Source: Myxococcales bacterium (lineage in GTDB: Bacteria; Myxococcota_A; Polyangia; Polyangiales; DASUME01). From it: 64,000 nt of DNA. This document shows positions 1 through 10,487 of the stretch, in pieces; position 1 is the stretch's first letter, and the number at the start of each line of letters is the position of its first letter. The stretch is from NCBI GenBank assembly GCA_047601445.1, contig JASGJH010000001.1, forward strand, positions 5,632,001-5,696,000, read 5' to 3'. Position numbers and translations under genes: made by a program. The notes under the pieces were generated by a model, which ran no database searches, was not told the origin of the DNA, and saw nothing but the letters and a program-made list of their open reading frames with translations.

Positions 1-894
1 GCTCTGCCAGAGTCCGGGAGCGGCCAAATTCGCGAGCATGCGCGGCTCCACGTCGCGTAAGTCGAGCACGACAAGGTAATCTGTCACGCCAAACTCGCGA
101 TCGAGCGCCGGTCCTCCGCAGACCTTGGCTCCGAGGCGTAGGTAGCTGTTGAAAAGCGGAGGAAGTTCCGCGTCTTCAGCGCTCGCGGCGGCTTCGCTGC
201 GAGGTGCCCGCAAGGCCGCCAAGACCCCCGCCTGATAGCGCGGATGGAAGTGGTTACCCTCGGCGAGTTGGCGAGAAACGGTTGCGATCTCGGAGGCCTC
301 GAGCGTGGGTACCGAGCAGCAGCCGAACACGTAGCGCTTGTCGTTCCAGTCCAGGTAGCGAGCGATGCCACGCCAGAGCAGCTGAAGGACACGACCGTTC
401 CGGTGCTCCTTGGCCACGCAAGCGCGTCCTACCTCGGCGCCACGCTCGATCACGCTGTCGGGAATGCTGGAAAGGTCGAACTCCGTTGCGGTGTAGAGGT
501 CTTCCCGACCGCCGAGCTCCGAGGTCATCAGGCGATAGGTGCCCACCAGCGAGTTGGTGGCGTGCTCGATGACCATCAGGTGATGGCAGGAGAGATTGAA
601 CTCATCGCTGTCGAGTCCCGTCTCGTAGGAGGCGAGCAGCCCCTCGCTGAGTTCGAGGTTGAAGATGCGGAAGCGCAGGGCCTGCACCGCGCGCAGGTCT
701 TCGAGGTCTTGGGCGAAGCGGACGAGGTAGCGACCCGAGCGGTGGATTCCCGGAGGAACGGCGTGAGCGAGTCGTGGGTAGGCCGTGGGCTCGAAGGAGC
801 CGGCCGGTCGAAACGCGCCCTCGGGCGCGCGAGCGGAGTGAGGAAGGGGAAAGTTCGGATACTCGCGTTGGATCGTGAGATTCGAGAGTGTCAT
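1..894 (-). CDS. GNAT-family N-acyltransferase, OlsB-like (ornithine/aminolipid N-acyltransferase); 3' end runs off the window
   Basis: Not in the ORF track because it has no stop in the window. Hand translation from ATG at 894 gives ...YLVRFAQDLEDLRAVQALRFRIFNLEL...DSDEFNLSCHHLMVIE...VGTYRL...EVGRACVAKEHRNGRVLQLLWRGI...LPPLFNSYLRLGAKVCGGPALDREFGVTDYLVVLD, typical of this family. Confidence 0.85.
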   Translation of the reverse strand, partial: MTLSNLTIQREYPNFPLPHSARAPEGAFRPAGSFEPTAYPRLAHAVPPGIHRSGRYLVRFAQDLEDLRAVQALRFRIFNLELSEGLLASYETGLDSDEFNLSCHHLMVIEHATNSLVGTYRLMTSELGGREDLYTATEFDLSSIPDSVIERGAEVGRACVAKEHRNGRVLQLLWRGIARYLDWNDKRYVFGCCSVPTLEASEIATVSRQLAEGNHFHPRYQAGVLAALRAPRSEAAASAEDAELPPLFNSYLRLGAKVCGGPALDREFGVTDYLVVLDLRDVEPRMLANLAAPGLWQS

Positions 895-974
895 TGATAC
901 AGTTTTGCCCTGCGTGCGCCACGTGACCGCGTCGCAGCTCCAAACCTTTGGTGACAGCTAGGCAAACTCGTTTG

Positions 975-2060
975 TCACGTGCGAGGCCAGGTGCTGAACG
1001 CCTCGTGCTCACGCGCGCTGCGCTCATGCTCATTTGGGGACACCCACGCCTCGGGGCTCGCGATCGCATGCAAGAGCAGATCGAACAACGAGAGATGGCG
1101 ACGCAGGGTGCGCTTCAGACGATGCGGCAACACGGGGTTGAAGGAGCCATCCAACGACCAGAGTTGCCGCGGATTCTTGCGGACCCAAGCCCACGAGCCC
1201 ATCTCGAGCGTGAGCGGCACGAAGGCGCGCTGAGGATGGCGAGCGTGCTGCGTGTCGTAGAGGTGGTCCCAGAGATCGCCCTGAATCGTGTAGGCCTGGG
1301 CCTGCGGCTCCACCTGATACACGTGGTGCGGCAAGGTTCGATCGAGCAAGCGCTTGAGGCCCACGACCTCGGCCAAATGCGGGAATGGCTTGCGCGTGCG
1401 CGCGTAGGGGAACCACAGCCGATCGACCATGCCGAAGCCCGAGTGACAGTCGATGGCCAGCGCGACCTTGGCGTCGAGGAGCTCGCGACTCATCACGTCG
1501 ACCAGCGCCTGACTCTCGATCTCGAGGGCACGCTCGGGATCGCCGGCGTACCAGGGCAACCTGGGTGAGATACGCTGCCCCCCGAGCAAGAAGCTGCCAC
1601 GCCCGTGCGGGTGCCGCGGCCCGTTGCGCATGAGGTCCACACCGCGCGGATTGGAGCGGGTGCCGAGCGCCATGCCTCCCGGGTTCACCAGCGGCACGAA
1701 GACCAGGCGGACGCGCTCCAGGGTGTCGCGCAGAATGCGGTCCCAGGAGAAGCGCACCAGCAGCGTGCGCAGGTAGGCCAAGACCACCTGGGTGCCGATG
1801 CGCTCGAGGCCATGCACCCCGCCGACGTAGGCCAGGCTGGGCGCCTGCGGATCGTCGGTGCCCAGGCTGAGGCTCCAAATGGGCATGCTGCTCGCGCCCA
1901 CGGGGACACGCGCCACTTCGCGGACACGGGCTTGGGCATCACCGGGCTCGAGCAGCGTTTCGAGCAGGCGTTCGAGTTCGACCAACTCAGGCAGAGACAA
2001 GGTGCCAGGCAGCGTGCACGGAGCTGGCGCTCGACGCAAACGAGTCCATCCACAGTCCAC
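975..2060 (-). CDS. M14-family zinc carboxypeptidase (DUF2817-like); true start may be the TTG at 2000
   Basis: GGVHGLE (HxxE), NPRGVDLMRN, IDCHSGFG and TLEMG motifs. Confidence 0.85.
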   Translation of the reverse strand: MDCGWTRLRRAPAPCTLPGTLSLPELVELERLLETLLEPGDAQARVREVARVPVGASSMPIWSLSLGTDDPQAPSLAYVGGVHGLERIGTQVVLAYLRTLLVRFSWDRILRDTLERVRLVFVPLVNPGGMALGTRSNPRGVDLMRNGPRHPHGRGSFLLGGQRISPRLPWYAGDPERALEIESQALVDVMSRELLDAKVALAIDCHSGFGMVDRLWFPYARTRKPFPHLAEVVGLKRLLDRTLPHHVYQVEPQAQAYTIQGDLWDHLYDTQHARHPQRAFVPLTLEMGSWAWVRKNPRQLWSLDGSFNPVLPHRLKRTLRRHLSLFDLLLHAIASPEAWVSPNEHERSAREHEAFSTWPRT

Positions 2061-2808
2061 GCGTAATCGAGCGTCGCGCGGCTTCGGCCACGTCGGCGGC
2101 GTCAGCGACCGTGGGCACCGAGAGGGGCTCCATGAAGCGCACGTTCACGCGCGTGCAGGCACGGGTCATGGAGCGCATGTAGTGCGGCAAGAAGCTCTCA
2201 TCGCCGACCCAGGCGACCTCGGGGCAGTCGTAGCGCAGGGAGACCGGCACCACGGGCACGTTCATGCGAGCGGCGACGCCGAAGATGCCGCGCTTGAAGG
2301 GCAGCACGCTGTCGCCGTGCGTGGTGGTGCCTTCGGGGAACACCAGCACCGATACGCCGGCTTCCAGGGCTCGCATGGCCTCACGCAGACAGCGCGCGCC
2401 GCTGTGGGCGTCCTCGCGCGTCACGTAGAGGGTGCCGAGCTTGCGCGAGACTTCGCCGATCACGGGCCAACCACCGACCTCGCGCTTGGCCACCGCGGTG
2501 AGCGGCACGAAGCTCGAGAGCACGACGGGATCGAAGTAGCTGATGTGGTTGGCGACCAGCACGCAGGGCTGGTTGGGGACCTGGCCGCGCACGCTGGGAC
2601 GCACCCCGTGCAGCGCGCAGGCGTTCTCACTGACCCAGGAGGCCTCGCGCGCCTTCTCACGCGGGCTTACCGCGCCGCGCGCCGCGAGCCTCGACCAAGT
2701 CTCGAACATGAAGGTGGTCACGCGTGCGGCACGGTTGCCGGTGCGAGCGACGGCGGAGAGCTCCCCGCCCGCAAAAGGAGTACGCGCCAAAGTTGGACTC
2801 AGCATCAT
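1987..2808 (-). CDS. Lysophospholipid/lyso-aminolipid acyltransferase (PlsC/OlsA family)
   Basis: NHISYFD (HX4D), VFPEGTT, LPFKRG and VPVVPV motifs; start placed at MMLSPT. Confidence 0.9.
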   Translation of the reverse strand: MMLSPTLARTPFAGGELSAVARTGNRAARVTTFMFETWSRLAARGAVSPREKAREASWVSENACALHGVRPSVRGQVPNQPCVLVANHISYFDPVVLSSFVPLTAVAKREVGGWPVIGEVSRKLGTLYVTREDAHSGARCLREAMRALEAGVSVLVFPEGTTTHGDSVLPFKRGIFGVAARMNVPVVPVSLRYDCPEVAWVGDESFLPHYMRSMTRACTRVNVRFMEPLSVPTVADAADVAEAARRSITRGLWMDSFASSASSVHAAWHLVSA

Positions 2809-3077
2809 GGAATCGTCCCGGGGATCGGTGACACCCGCGCGACGGACGCCCAACATGTGAGCGACGAGTGGGGGCCACGAAGCCCGAAATATTCCCGCGT
2901 GAAACCAGGACCCATTTGTCAGGGTCCCGCGATTGAATAAGTCAGAACACGCCAGATTCGCGGGCATTCTCGCAGATTCACGGCGCCGGCACGTCCGTTG
3001 CACAGCACCCGATCGGAACGCATCCGCACGGGGAGACATCGAAGCCTCGCTGCGCGCTCACACAAGGACGACGAATC

Positions 3078-5036
3078 GTGAAGAGCACTCCTGTTGGGTA
3101 TGGGCGAACCCGCACACAAGCAGCCTGGCTGCTCGGCGTGCTGGCGCTCGGCTCCTTCTCGGACACCGCGCGGGCCGACTCCATCTTCTCGCTCAGCGGC
3201 AAGGTGGCACTCGGCGATGGTGGCTCGGCCGCGGGCACGCGCGTGCAGTTTCAGGTGGATTCGGATCGCAACGGCAAGCTCGAGAGTTGGGAGACGCTGA
3301 GCGCAAAGGTTGGGGCCGACGGCAAGTACGTGCTCGCCTACGAACTCAATCCCACCAAGGTAGACTTCCAGTTCATCAAGATCGCGACTCAGGTGGTGGC
3401 CGAGTACGAGAAAGGCGGCTTCGACGGGCTGCTGTCGCGAGGACCGCTCCCGGTGGTGATGAGCTTCGAGCGCGAAGGCTACACCACGGTGGTGCGTCGC
3501 TTCGGCTCCATGTCGGACGCCTTCGACCTGGATGCCGTGCTTGCGCCGCTACCCGGCGTGCACTGCGACGAGGCCAGCTGCTTCTCCGAGCACGGTGACG
3601 TGCGCCTGGCTGACTTTCCCGGCGGTACCGGCATCGCGCGCGCCTACGCCAGCGCTTACGACCCGGACAAGGACCTGGCGCAGTTCCCCGGCACCTTCAG
3701 CGACGACGCCGACAACCTCTTGATCTCGAGCGGATTCGCCGAAATCAACCTGTACGACTCCGCGGGCCAAGCCATCCACGAGGTCTCCTCGCCCGTGGCG
3801 GTGCGCTTCGAGGCCAAGCGTGCGCAGTGGAAGACCATGCCGGACCTGGCGCCGAACAGCGGGAAAATCGAGCTCCCGATGTACTCCTTCGACCGCAACA
3901 AGGCGGACTGGGTGCGCGAAGCAGACGGTGTGTTGGAGCTGGCCGATGGAACCCCGGTGCCCGAAGAGAGCTTGCCCGCCATCCGCATGGGTACGTTCGC
4001 GGAGCCCGTGTTCGTGGCCTTCGATACCCTGCATTTCTCGAGCTTCAACTGCGATGCTCCCATCTCCGAGCGCGCCTGCGTGCGCGGACGTCTGGTGGAC
4101 GACGCCACCGGCGAAGCTCTGATCGGCGCGGACGTGAGCGTGCTCGGTGTCTCCTACACGGGCTCGGCAGGCCGCATGTTCACGGGACAGGATGGCCGCT
4201 TCGCAGTGGACGTCATGAAGTCGGAAAACCCGGGCGAAGACACCGATCGCAACGGCACCGCTGGCGAGACCTTCAACGCGCGGCTGTCGGTGCGCACGGC
4301 GGCTGGCGTGTTCCTGGGCGCGGCCTTCGACACCCCGATCCTGCGCGGATCCGCCCAGCTCAACGAGTGCCGGCCCGGCGCCTGCGCCTGCTTGGACCTG
4401 GGAGATATCCCGGTGAAGTTCGAGGTTCCTCGCCTGTGCAATGTGACCGTGCGCGCCACGGCCTCGGGCAAGAATCTATTCGGAGGCGCGGGGCCGCTGG
4501 AGACGGGCGCTGCGGTCGTGGGAGCCGAGGTGCGCGGCGAGTTGAGCGGCGAGTTCGCGCTGCCGCAGGCGGCGGTGTCCGCAGTGTGCGAAGGCGTCAG
4601 CTGTGGCGCCGGCACGGTGGGCGCCGATGGAGCGGTGAGCTTCGCGGTGCCCATGGTGGGCGACGCTGGCCAGCTGCAATTTCACGCGGATTTCAGCGTG
4701 GTGCAGGACGGGACCACCCACGTGTACTCGGGGTCGGTGGCGGTCGCGGGCTGCGCGGCGGGCCAAGAAGTGCTCGCGGCGCCCGTCTCCATCGAGCTCG
4801 ATCACGGCAGCGCCGGATCTCTGGATGCTTTCATCCGCGGACTCGGCGACGAAGCGGCCTCGGAGCGCGACCCGGGAGGCAGCGAGGTCCTCGATTCCCT
4901 GGGCTGCGGCTGCCGAATCCCGGCTTCCCCCACGCGCTCGAGGCTGGGCGCCCTGGCTGGCCTGGCCCTCGCCAGTACGCTGCTGTGGCGGCGTCACGGC
5001 AAGCGGCGCGCAAAGGCTTCGCGCGATCAGGGTTGA
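3078..5036 (+). CDS. Secreted surface protein with MYXO-CTERM-type sorting tail
   Basis: N-terminal signal peptide; C-terminal GCGC, hydrophobic helix and RRHGKRR; carboxypeptidase-regulatory-like beta domain (VRGRLVDDATGEALIGADVSV). Confidence 0.75.
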   Translation: MKSTPVGYGRTRTQAAWLLGVLALGSFSDTARADSIFSLSGKVALGDGGSAAGTRVQFQVDSDRNGKLESWETLSAKVGADGKYVLAYELNPTKVDFQFIKIATQVVAEYEKGGFDGLLSRGPLPVVMSFEREGYTTVVRRFGSMSDAFDLDAVLAPLPGVHCDEASCFSEHGDVRLADFPGGTGIARAYASAYDPDKDLAQFPGTFSDDADNLLISSGFAEINLYDSAGQAIHEVSSPVAVRFEAKRAQWKTMPDLAPNSGKIELPMYSFDRNKADWVREADGVLELADGTPVPEESLPAIRMGTFAEPVFVAFDTLHFSSFNCDAPISERACVRGRLVDDATGEALIGADVSVLGVSYTGSAGRMFTGQDGRFAVDVMKSENPGEDTDRNGTAGETFNARLSVRTAAGVFLGAAFDTPILRGSAQLNECRPGACACLDLGDIPVKFEVPRLCNVTVRATASGKNLFGGAGPLETGAAVVGAEVRGELSGEFALPQAAVSAVCEGVSCGAGTVGADGAVSFAVPMVGDAGQLQFHADFSVVQDGTTHVYSGSVAVAGCAAGQEVLAAPVSIELDHGSAGSLDAFIRGLGDEAASERDPGGSEVLDSLGCGCRIPASPTRSRLGALAGLALASTLLWRRHGKRRAKASRDQG

Positions 5037-5052
5037 GCGAGGGCCGGTCGCG

Positions 5053-6261
5053 TCAGCGCAGAGCGCGTTCGAGCAGCGATGCGAGCGCGCACAGCGAGCG
5101 ATCGGAGCCCCAGGGGCCGATGAAAGAGAGGCCGATCGGCGCCCCCTGCAGCTCCACGGCGGGCACCACGAGCTGCGGCACACCCGTGAGCGAGGCCGCG
5201 CAGGTGAGCTCGAGCGTGCGCGCCCGGAAGGCCTCCAGCGCCGAGTCCGAGTCCGCGATGCGCGGGGCGATGCCAGGCGTGGCGGGCATGAACAACAGGG
5301 TGCCAGGTGAGAGCAGGGCCTCCAGACGCTCGGAGATCGAGTTCATGGTGGCCTCGTCCTCGTCCCTACCCTCCTGGCTCCGCGAGAGCGCACGGGCTCG
5401 CTCGAAGCGCTGGGTGATGGCTGGGCTGAACTGCGGGTGCTCCGCATCGAGCCAAGCGCCGTGGGTGGCGAACGCGTCGCGTCCCTGGGTGCGCTGGAAG
5501 GCCACGCGCAGGGACTCGAAGCCCATGGTCGCCAGCTTGACCCGCTCCGAAGGCACCTGGAGCTTGCCCAACACCTGCGCCAACAGATGCTCGAGGAGCT
5601 CAGCCACCCCCGCATCACAGAGCGCGAGCGCGTCGTCGGCGATCAACACGCGCTCGAGGGCCGGCTCGTCGGCGGCCGCGCCCGCGAGGTCCGCATCGCT
5701 GGCCAGGAGCACGCTCGCCACCGCCTCGAAGGTGCGCGCATCGCGCGCCAGAAAACCCACCGTGTCGAAGCTCGGGGCCAGCGGCACGACGCCGCGGCTA
5801 TCGATGCGCCCGTGGGTGGGCCGCAGCCCGAAAAGACCGCAAAAGGACGCGGGTACGCGGATGGAACCGCCCGTGTCGGTGCCCAGCGCGAAGTCGCAGA
5901 GACAGCTCGCAACAGCGGCCGCGGAGCCGCAGGACGAGCCTCCGCACAGCCGGCCCGGCGCGCGCGGGTTGGATGGGGTGCCGTAGAACTGATTCTGGCC
6001 CGAGAGGCTGTAGGCGAGTTCGTCGAGGATGGTGACGCCCACCAAGTCTGCGCCGGCTTCGAGCAGCTTCGAGATGACAGGAGCGTCGTGATCCGCGGCG
6101 GCGTGCGTGCGAGCCCAATCCGGATGGCCTGCGGTCGACGCGTGACCACGCAGCGCGAACACGTCCTTGGCGGCGAACGTCAGCCCCGAGAGCGCGCCCT
6201 CGGCGCGACGCGCGCGTGTGACCTGCGCTCCGGGGACAAACGCCAGAGGTGTGCTCGACAT
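5053..6261 (-). CDS. Amidase signature family enzyme
   Basis: AAKD lysine, GGSSCGSAAAV and GTDTGGSIRVPASFCG motifs. Confidence 0.93.
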   Translation of the reverse strand: MSSTPLAFVPGAQVTRARRAEGALSGLTFAAKDVFALRGHASTAGHPDWARTHAAADHDAPVISKLLEAGADLVGVTILDELAYSLSGQNQFYGTPSNPRAPGRLCGGSSCGSAAAVASCLCDFALGTDTGGSIRVPASFCGLFGLRPTHGRIDSRGVVPLAPSFDTVGFLARDARTFEAVASVLLASDADLAGAAADEPALERVLIADDALALCDAGVAELLEHLLAQVLGKLQVPSERVKLATMGFESLRVAFQRTQGRDAFATHGAWLDAEHPQFSPAITQRFERARALSRSQEGRDEDEATMNSISERLEALLSPGTLLFMPATPGIAPRIADSDSALEAFRARTLELTCAASLTGVPQLVVPAVELQGAPIGLSFIGPWGSDRSLCALASLLERALR

Positions 6262-6393
6262 GGGATCACCTCATGCGGGACGCCCGCCGCGCCCCCATCC
6301 AGTGCACTAGTACAGCATGTAATACATGCGCCACAAGCTCGGTGGTGCTCGCGCGTCTCGGGCGACCGGTGCGCATCACTGGCTAGAAATGCG

Positions 6394-6426
6394 AAAAACC
6401 CAGGGGGCTACTGCTCCCCCTGGGCT
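6394..6426 (-). terminator. Rho-independent terminator (minus strand)
   Basis: Minus strand reads CCCAGGGGG-agcagtag-CCCCCTGGG-TTTTT: a 9-bp stem followed by a U tract, about 30 nt after the small ORF 6455-6616. Confidence 0.75.
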
Positions 6427-6454
6427 TCCCCCCCTTACTATCGCAAAACCGGAA

Positions 6455-6616
6455 TCAGGCCGGCAGGCGCCGAAACTCGCGCGACATACGGAACGCGCGT
6501 TGATACGCAGCGGCCACCGTGATCGCGGTTAGCACCTGTGTCCCTGCCCGATGAAGCAGGCGCGAAGCCTTGGCTGCACTGCGCTCCAACCGGATTTGAA
6601 AGCCCCCGAACTCCAT
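6455..6616 (-). CDS. Putative 53-aa small protein
   Basis: AAGGGGGG RBS-like run just before ATG 6616; MEFGGFQIRLERSAAKASRLLHRAGTQVLTAITVAAAYQRAFRMSREFRRLPA; followed by an intrinsic terminator. Confidence 0.5.
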   Translation of the reverse strand: MEFGGFQIRLERSAAKASRLLHRAGTQVLTAITVAAAYQRAFRMSREFRRLPA

Positions 6617-6939
6617 GTCGTCCCCCCTTGTGCGTGTGGTGCGAACTTTTGTTCGCTCCAACGCAAACGAGTCATGTTCCCCCGAACAGGTCGGTAAGTG
6701 TCATTGAGTCAGGGGTCGCGCAAGGCCGAATTCATCAATTTGTTTGTGTCGCGACTAAATTTCTCGCGTGTCGACGTGCGTACGAATGACCAGGAGCAAA
6801 GTTGAAGCGACCATCATGAGCTAGCCGTTTCCAATTCTTTTCGCCCCCGTTCCACCGCTGACACAGACGCACTTGAGTCGGATGCCGACGTCACCGAACG
6901 CCACGTGTGATCAACAGTGCTCCGCCGGCTACCCACGAT

Positions 6940-7250
6940 GACTGTCACGGCGGCGGTCGCCGTGGCCGTGGCGGGTCGCGGTCGCGGTGGCCGGGGACTG
7001 TGGCTGTGGCCGCGGCCGGAGACTGTGGCTGTGGCCGATGACCGGTGCCGAGGCGGGGCAATGACGGGAGCAGACCCCGTGATGCTCACGGCGTTGCCGC
7101 GTCGCGTGGCTCATCTCGGTGCGCTCGATTCGAGTAGTGGGGCCCCAAGGGCTCGCGGCGCCAAGGCCGCTTGGGTTCCGGCAACGGCCGCAGCCACCGG
7201 CACGTCCCCGCCACACCGCGACCGCCACGGCCACCGCCTCGACAGCTACG
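6940..7250. repeat. Long imperfect palindrome of GTGGC-rich (left) and GCCAC-rich (right) microsatellite-like arms
   Basis: Left arm ggcggtcgccgtggccgtggcgggtcgcgg...gactgtggctgtggccg resembles the reverse complement of right arm ...cggccgcagccac...ccgcgaccgccacggccaccgcc. Confidence 0.65.
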
Positions 7251-7259
7251 GTGGCCGGT

Positions 7260-7760
7260 TTATCCGACCCAGCTCTCCCACTTTTCGTGCACCTGCTTCA
7301 GTCCGATGCGTTCGCTCATGGATGGCAGGAAGCGGGGCTCGTGGGGGGTTCGGAGGAGCTGCATGCGCGCCTCCTCCGGGGTGCGGCTGCCCTTCTCGTG
7401 ATTGCAGGTACGGCACGCTGCGACCACGTTGGTCCAGCGTGTAGGTCCGCCCTTGGCGCGCGGCATGACGTGGTCGACGGTGAGCTCGCGGGCATGCGGC
7501 TTGAGCCCGCAGTACTGGCACATGAAGTTGTCGCGAAGCAGCACGTTGAAGCGCGAAAAACGTACGACCCTGGGCCTACGCCGGGTGCTGGTGAGGAGCC
7601 GAATCACGGCCGGCATGCGCATCGCCAGAGAGGGCGAGCGAATGACCTCGTCGTACTCCTCCAGCACCTCGACCTTGCCCCCGAAAACGAGGCAGATGGC
7701 GCGTTGCCAATTGACCACTCGGTGGGGCGAATAGCCCTGGTCGAGGACGAGGACGTGCAT
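7260..7760 (-). CDS. HNH endonuclease (McrA-like)
   Basis: RDNFMCQYCG...TVDHVMPRAKGG...WTNVVAACRTCNHEKG; N-terminal VLVLDQGYSP. Confidence 0.92.
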   Translation of the reverse strand: MHVLVLDQGYSPHRVVNWQRAICLVFGGKVEVLEEYDEVIRSPSLAMRMPAVIRLLTSTRRRPRVVRFSRFNVLLRDNFMCQYCGLKPHARELTVDHVMPRAKGGPTRWTNVVAACRTCNHEKGSRTPEEARMQLLRTPHEPRFLPSMSERIGLKQVHEKWESWVG

Positions 7761-7935
7761 GAACCTCAATCCCAACATAACGCGATTCGAGCCGTAAAAG
7801 AAGGCCCTGTGCGAGCCCGCACGCCGAGGCCTCACGCCTCCGCGGAGTAAGCGGACGTCATGGCCGTCTCTCTTTTCGGGGTGGCCAGGGCGGGGATGCT
7901 TCGCTGGCTGAGGCGGTTGTCCCCACAGCGGTGTT

Positions 7936-9762
<1,827 letters not shown>

Positions 9763-9917
9763 GTCGTCCCATCGTGTGAAAAAGTTTCTCCCACCCCGCC
9801 AAAGGCGCAGGGTGAAGGCACTGAGAGTCGCGTGATGTTGCACCAAGGGCCCCATTCGGCATGAGCGCTGCGCCTTCGTCTGGCCCGTGCGCCACGAGTT
9901 CGTGCGGCTCGACGCCG

Positions 9918-10487
9918 ATGATGGCGCGTGGCCCGACTCCACGCCGGCGGCGGGCCCTCGTGCCCGTGGTCGCGCTGGGGCTGCTGAGTGGGAGCGGCTG
10001 CTTGGTCACCGACAGGGTCGAATTCCAGGAGCAGAACTACGCGCCTCGGATCGTCTCGCAGCCGTCGCCGTGGAGTCAGTGGCCAGCGGTGCCGCAGTGC
10101 GATCCGGACCCCGACTGGGACGCGGGTGAGCCGCACGGCAACTGGGTCCAGTTCAGCGTGGTGGTCTCCGATCCGAACGTCGACCAGGTGTTGAATCAAC
10201 GCATTCTGATCAACGGGGATGCGCGGCGGACCAACCTGCCGGTGAAAATCCCCACCACCGGCGAGCGTGAGCGCACTTCGCTCGATTACTGCCTGCCAGT
10301 GGAATACTTCGACCAGCCTTGTAACCACGTCGTGGTTCTGATCGCTGACGACTTCCCCCTCTCGGGCGACATCGGCCTGGAGCCTCAGGAGACCGAGACC
10401 TACGCGCGGGGTGACTGGTACATTCTTGGCCCGTCCGGGCAATCGCCAGCGTCCTGCGCCTTCTTCGACGCCGGGACGCTGCCATGA
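9918..10487 (+). CDS. Hypothetical lipoprotein
   Basis: Lipobox LSGSGC after a basic then hydrophobic leader; stop overlaps the next ATG (ATGA). Confidence 0.7.
   Translation: MMARGPTPRRRRALVPVVALGLLSGSGCLVTDRVEFQEQNYAPRIVSQPSPWSQWPAVPQCDPDPDWDAGEPHGNWVQFSVVVSDPNVDQVLNQRILINGDARRTNLPVKIPTTGERERTSLDYCLPVEYFDQPCNHVVVLIADDFPLSGDIGLEPQETETYARGDWYILGPSGQSPASCAFFDAGTLP

Noticed and set aside
244..897. 217-aa plus-strand ORF
   Set aside because: Antisense shadow of the minus-strand GNAT gene, which has clear family motifs.
3827..5986. 719-aa ORF and the many other long Arg/Ala/Gly-rich alternate-frame ORFs
   Set aside because: Expected in high-GC DNA; they overlap better-supported genes.
6814..7444. 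ORFs with ATATAT/VAVAVA runs (also 37319-38447)
   Set aside because: Translations of the GTGGC/GCCAC non-coding repeats.
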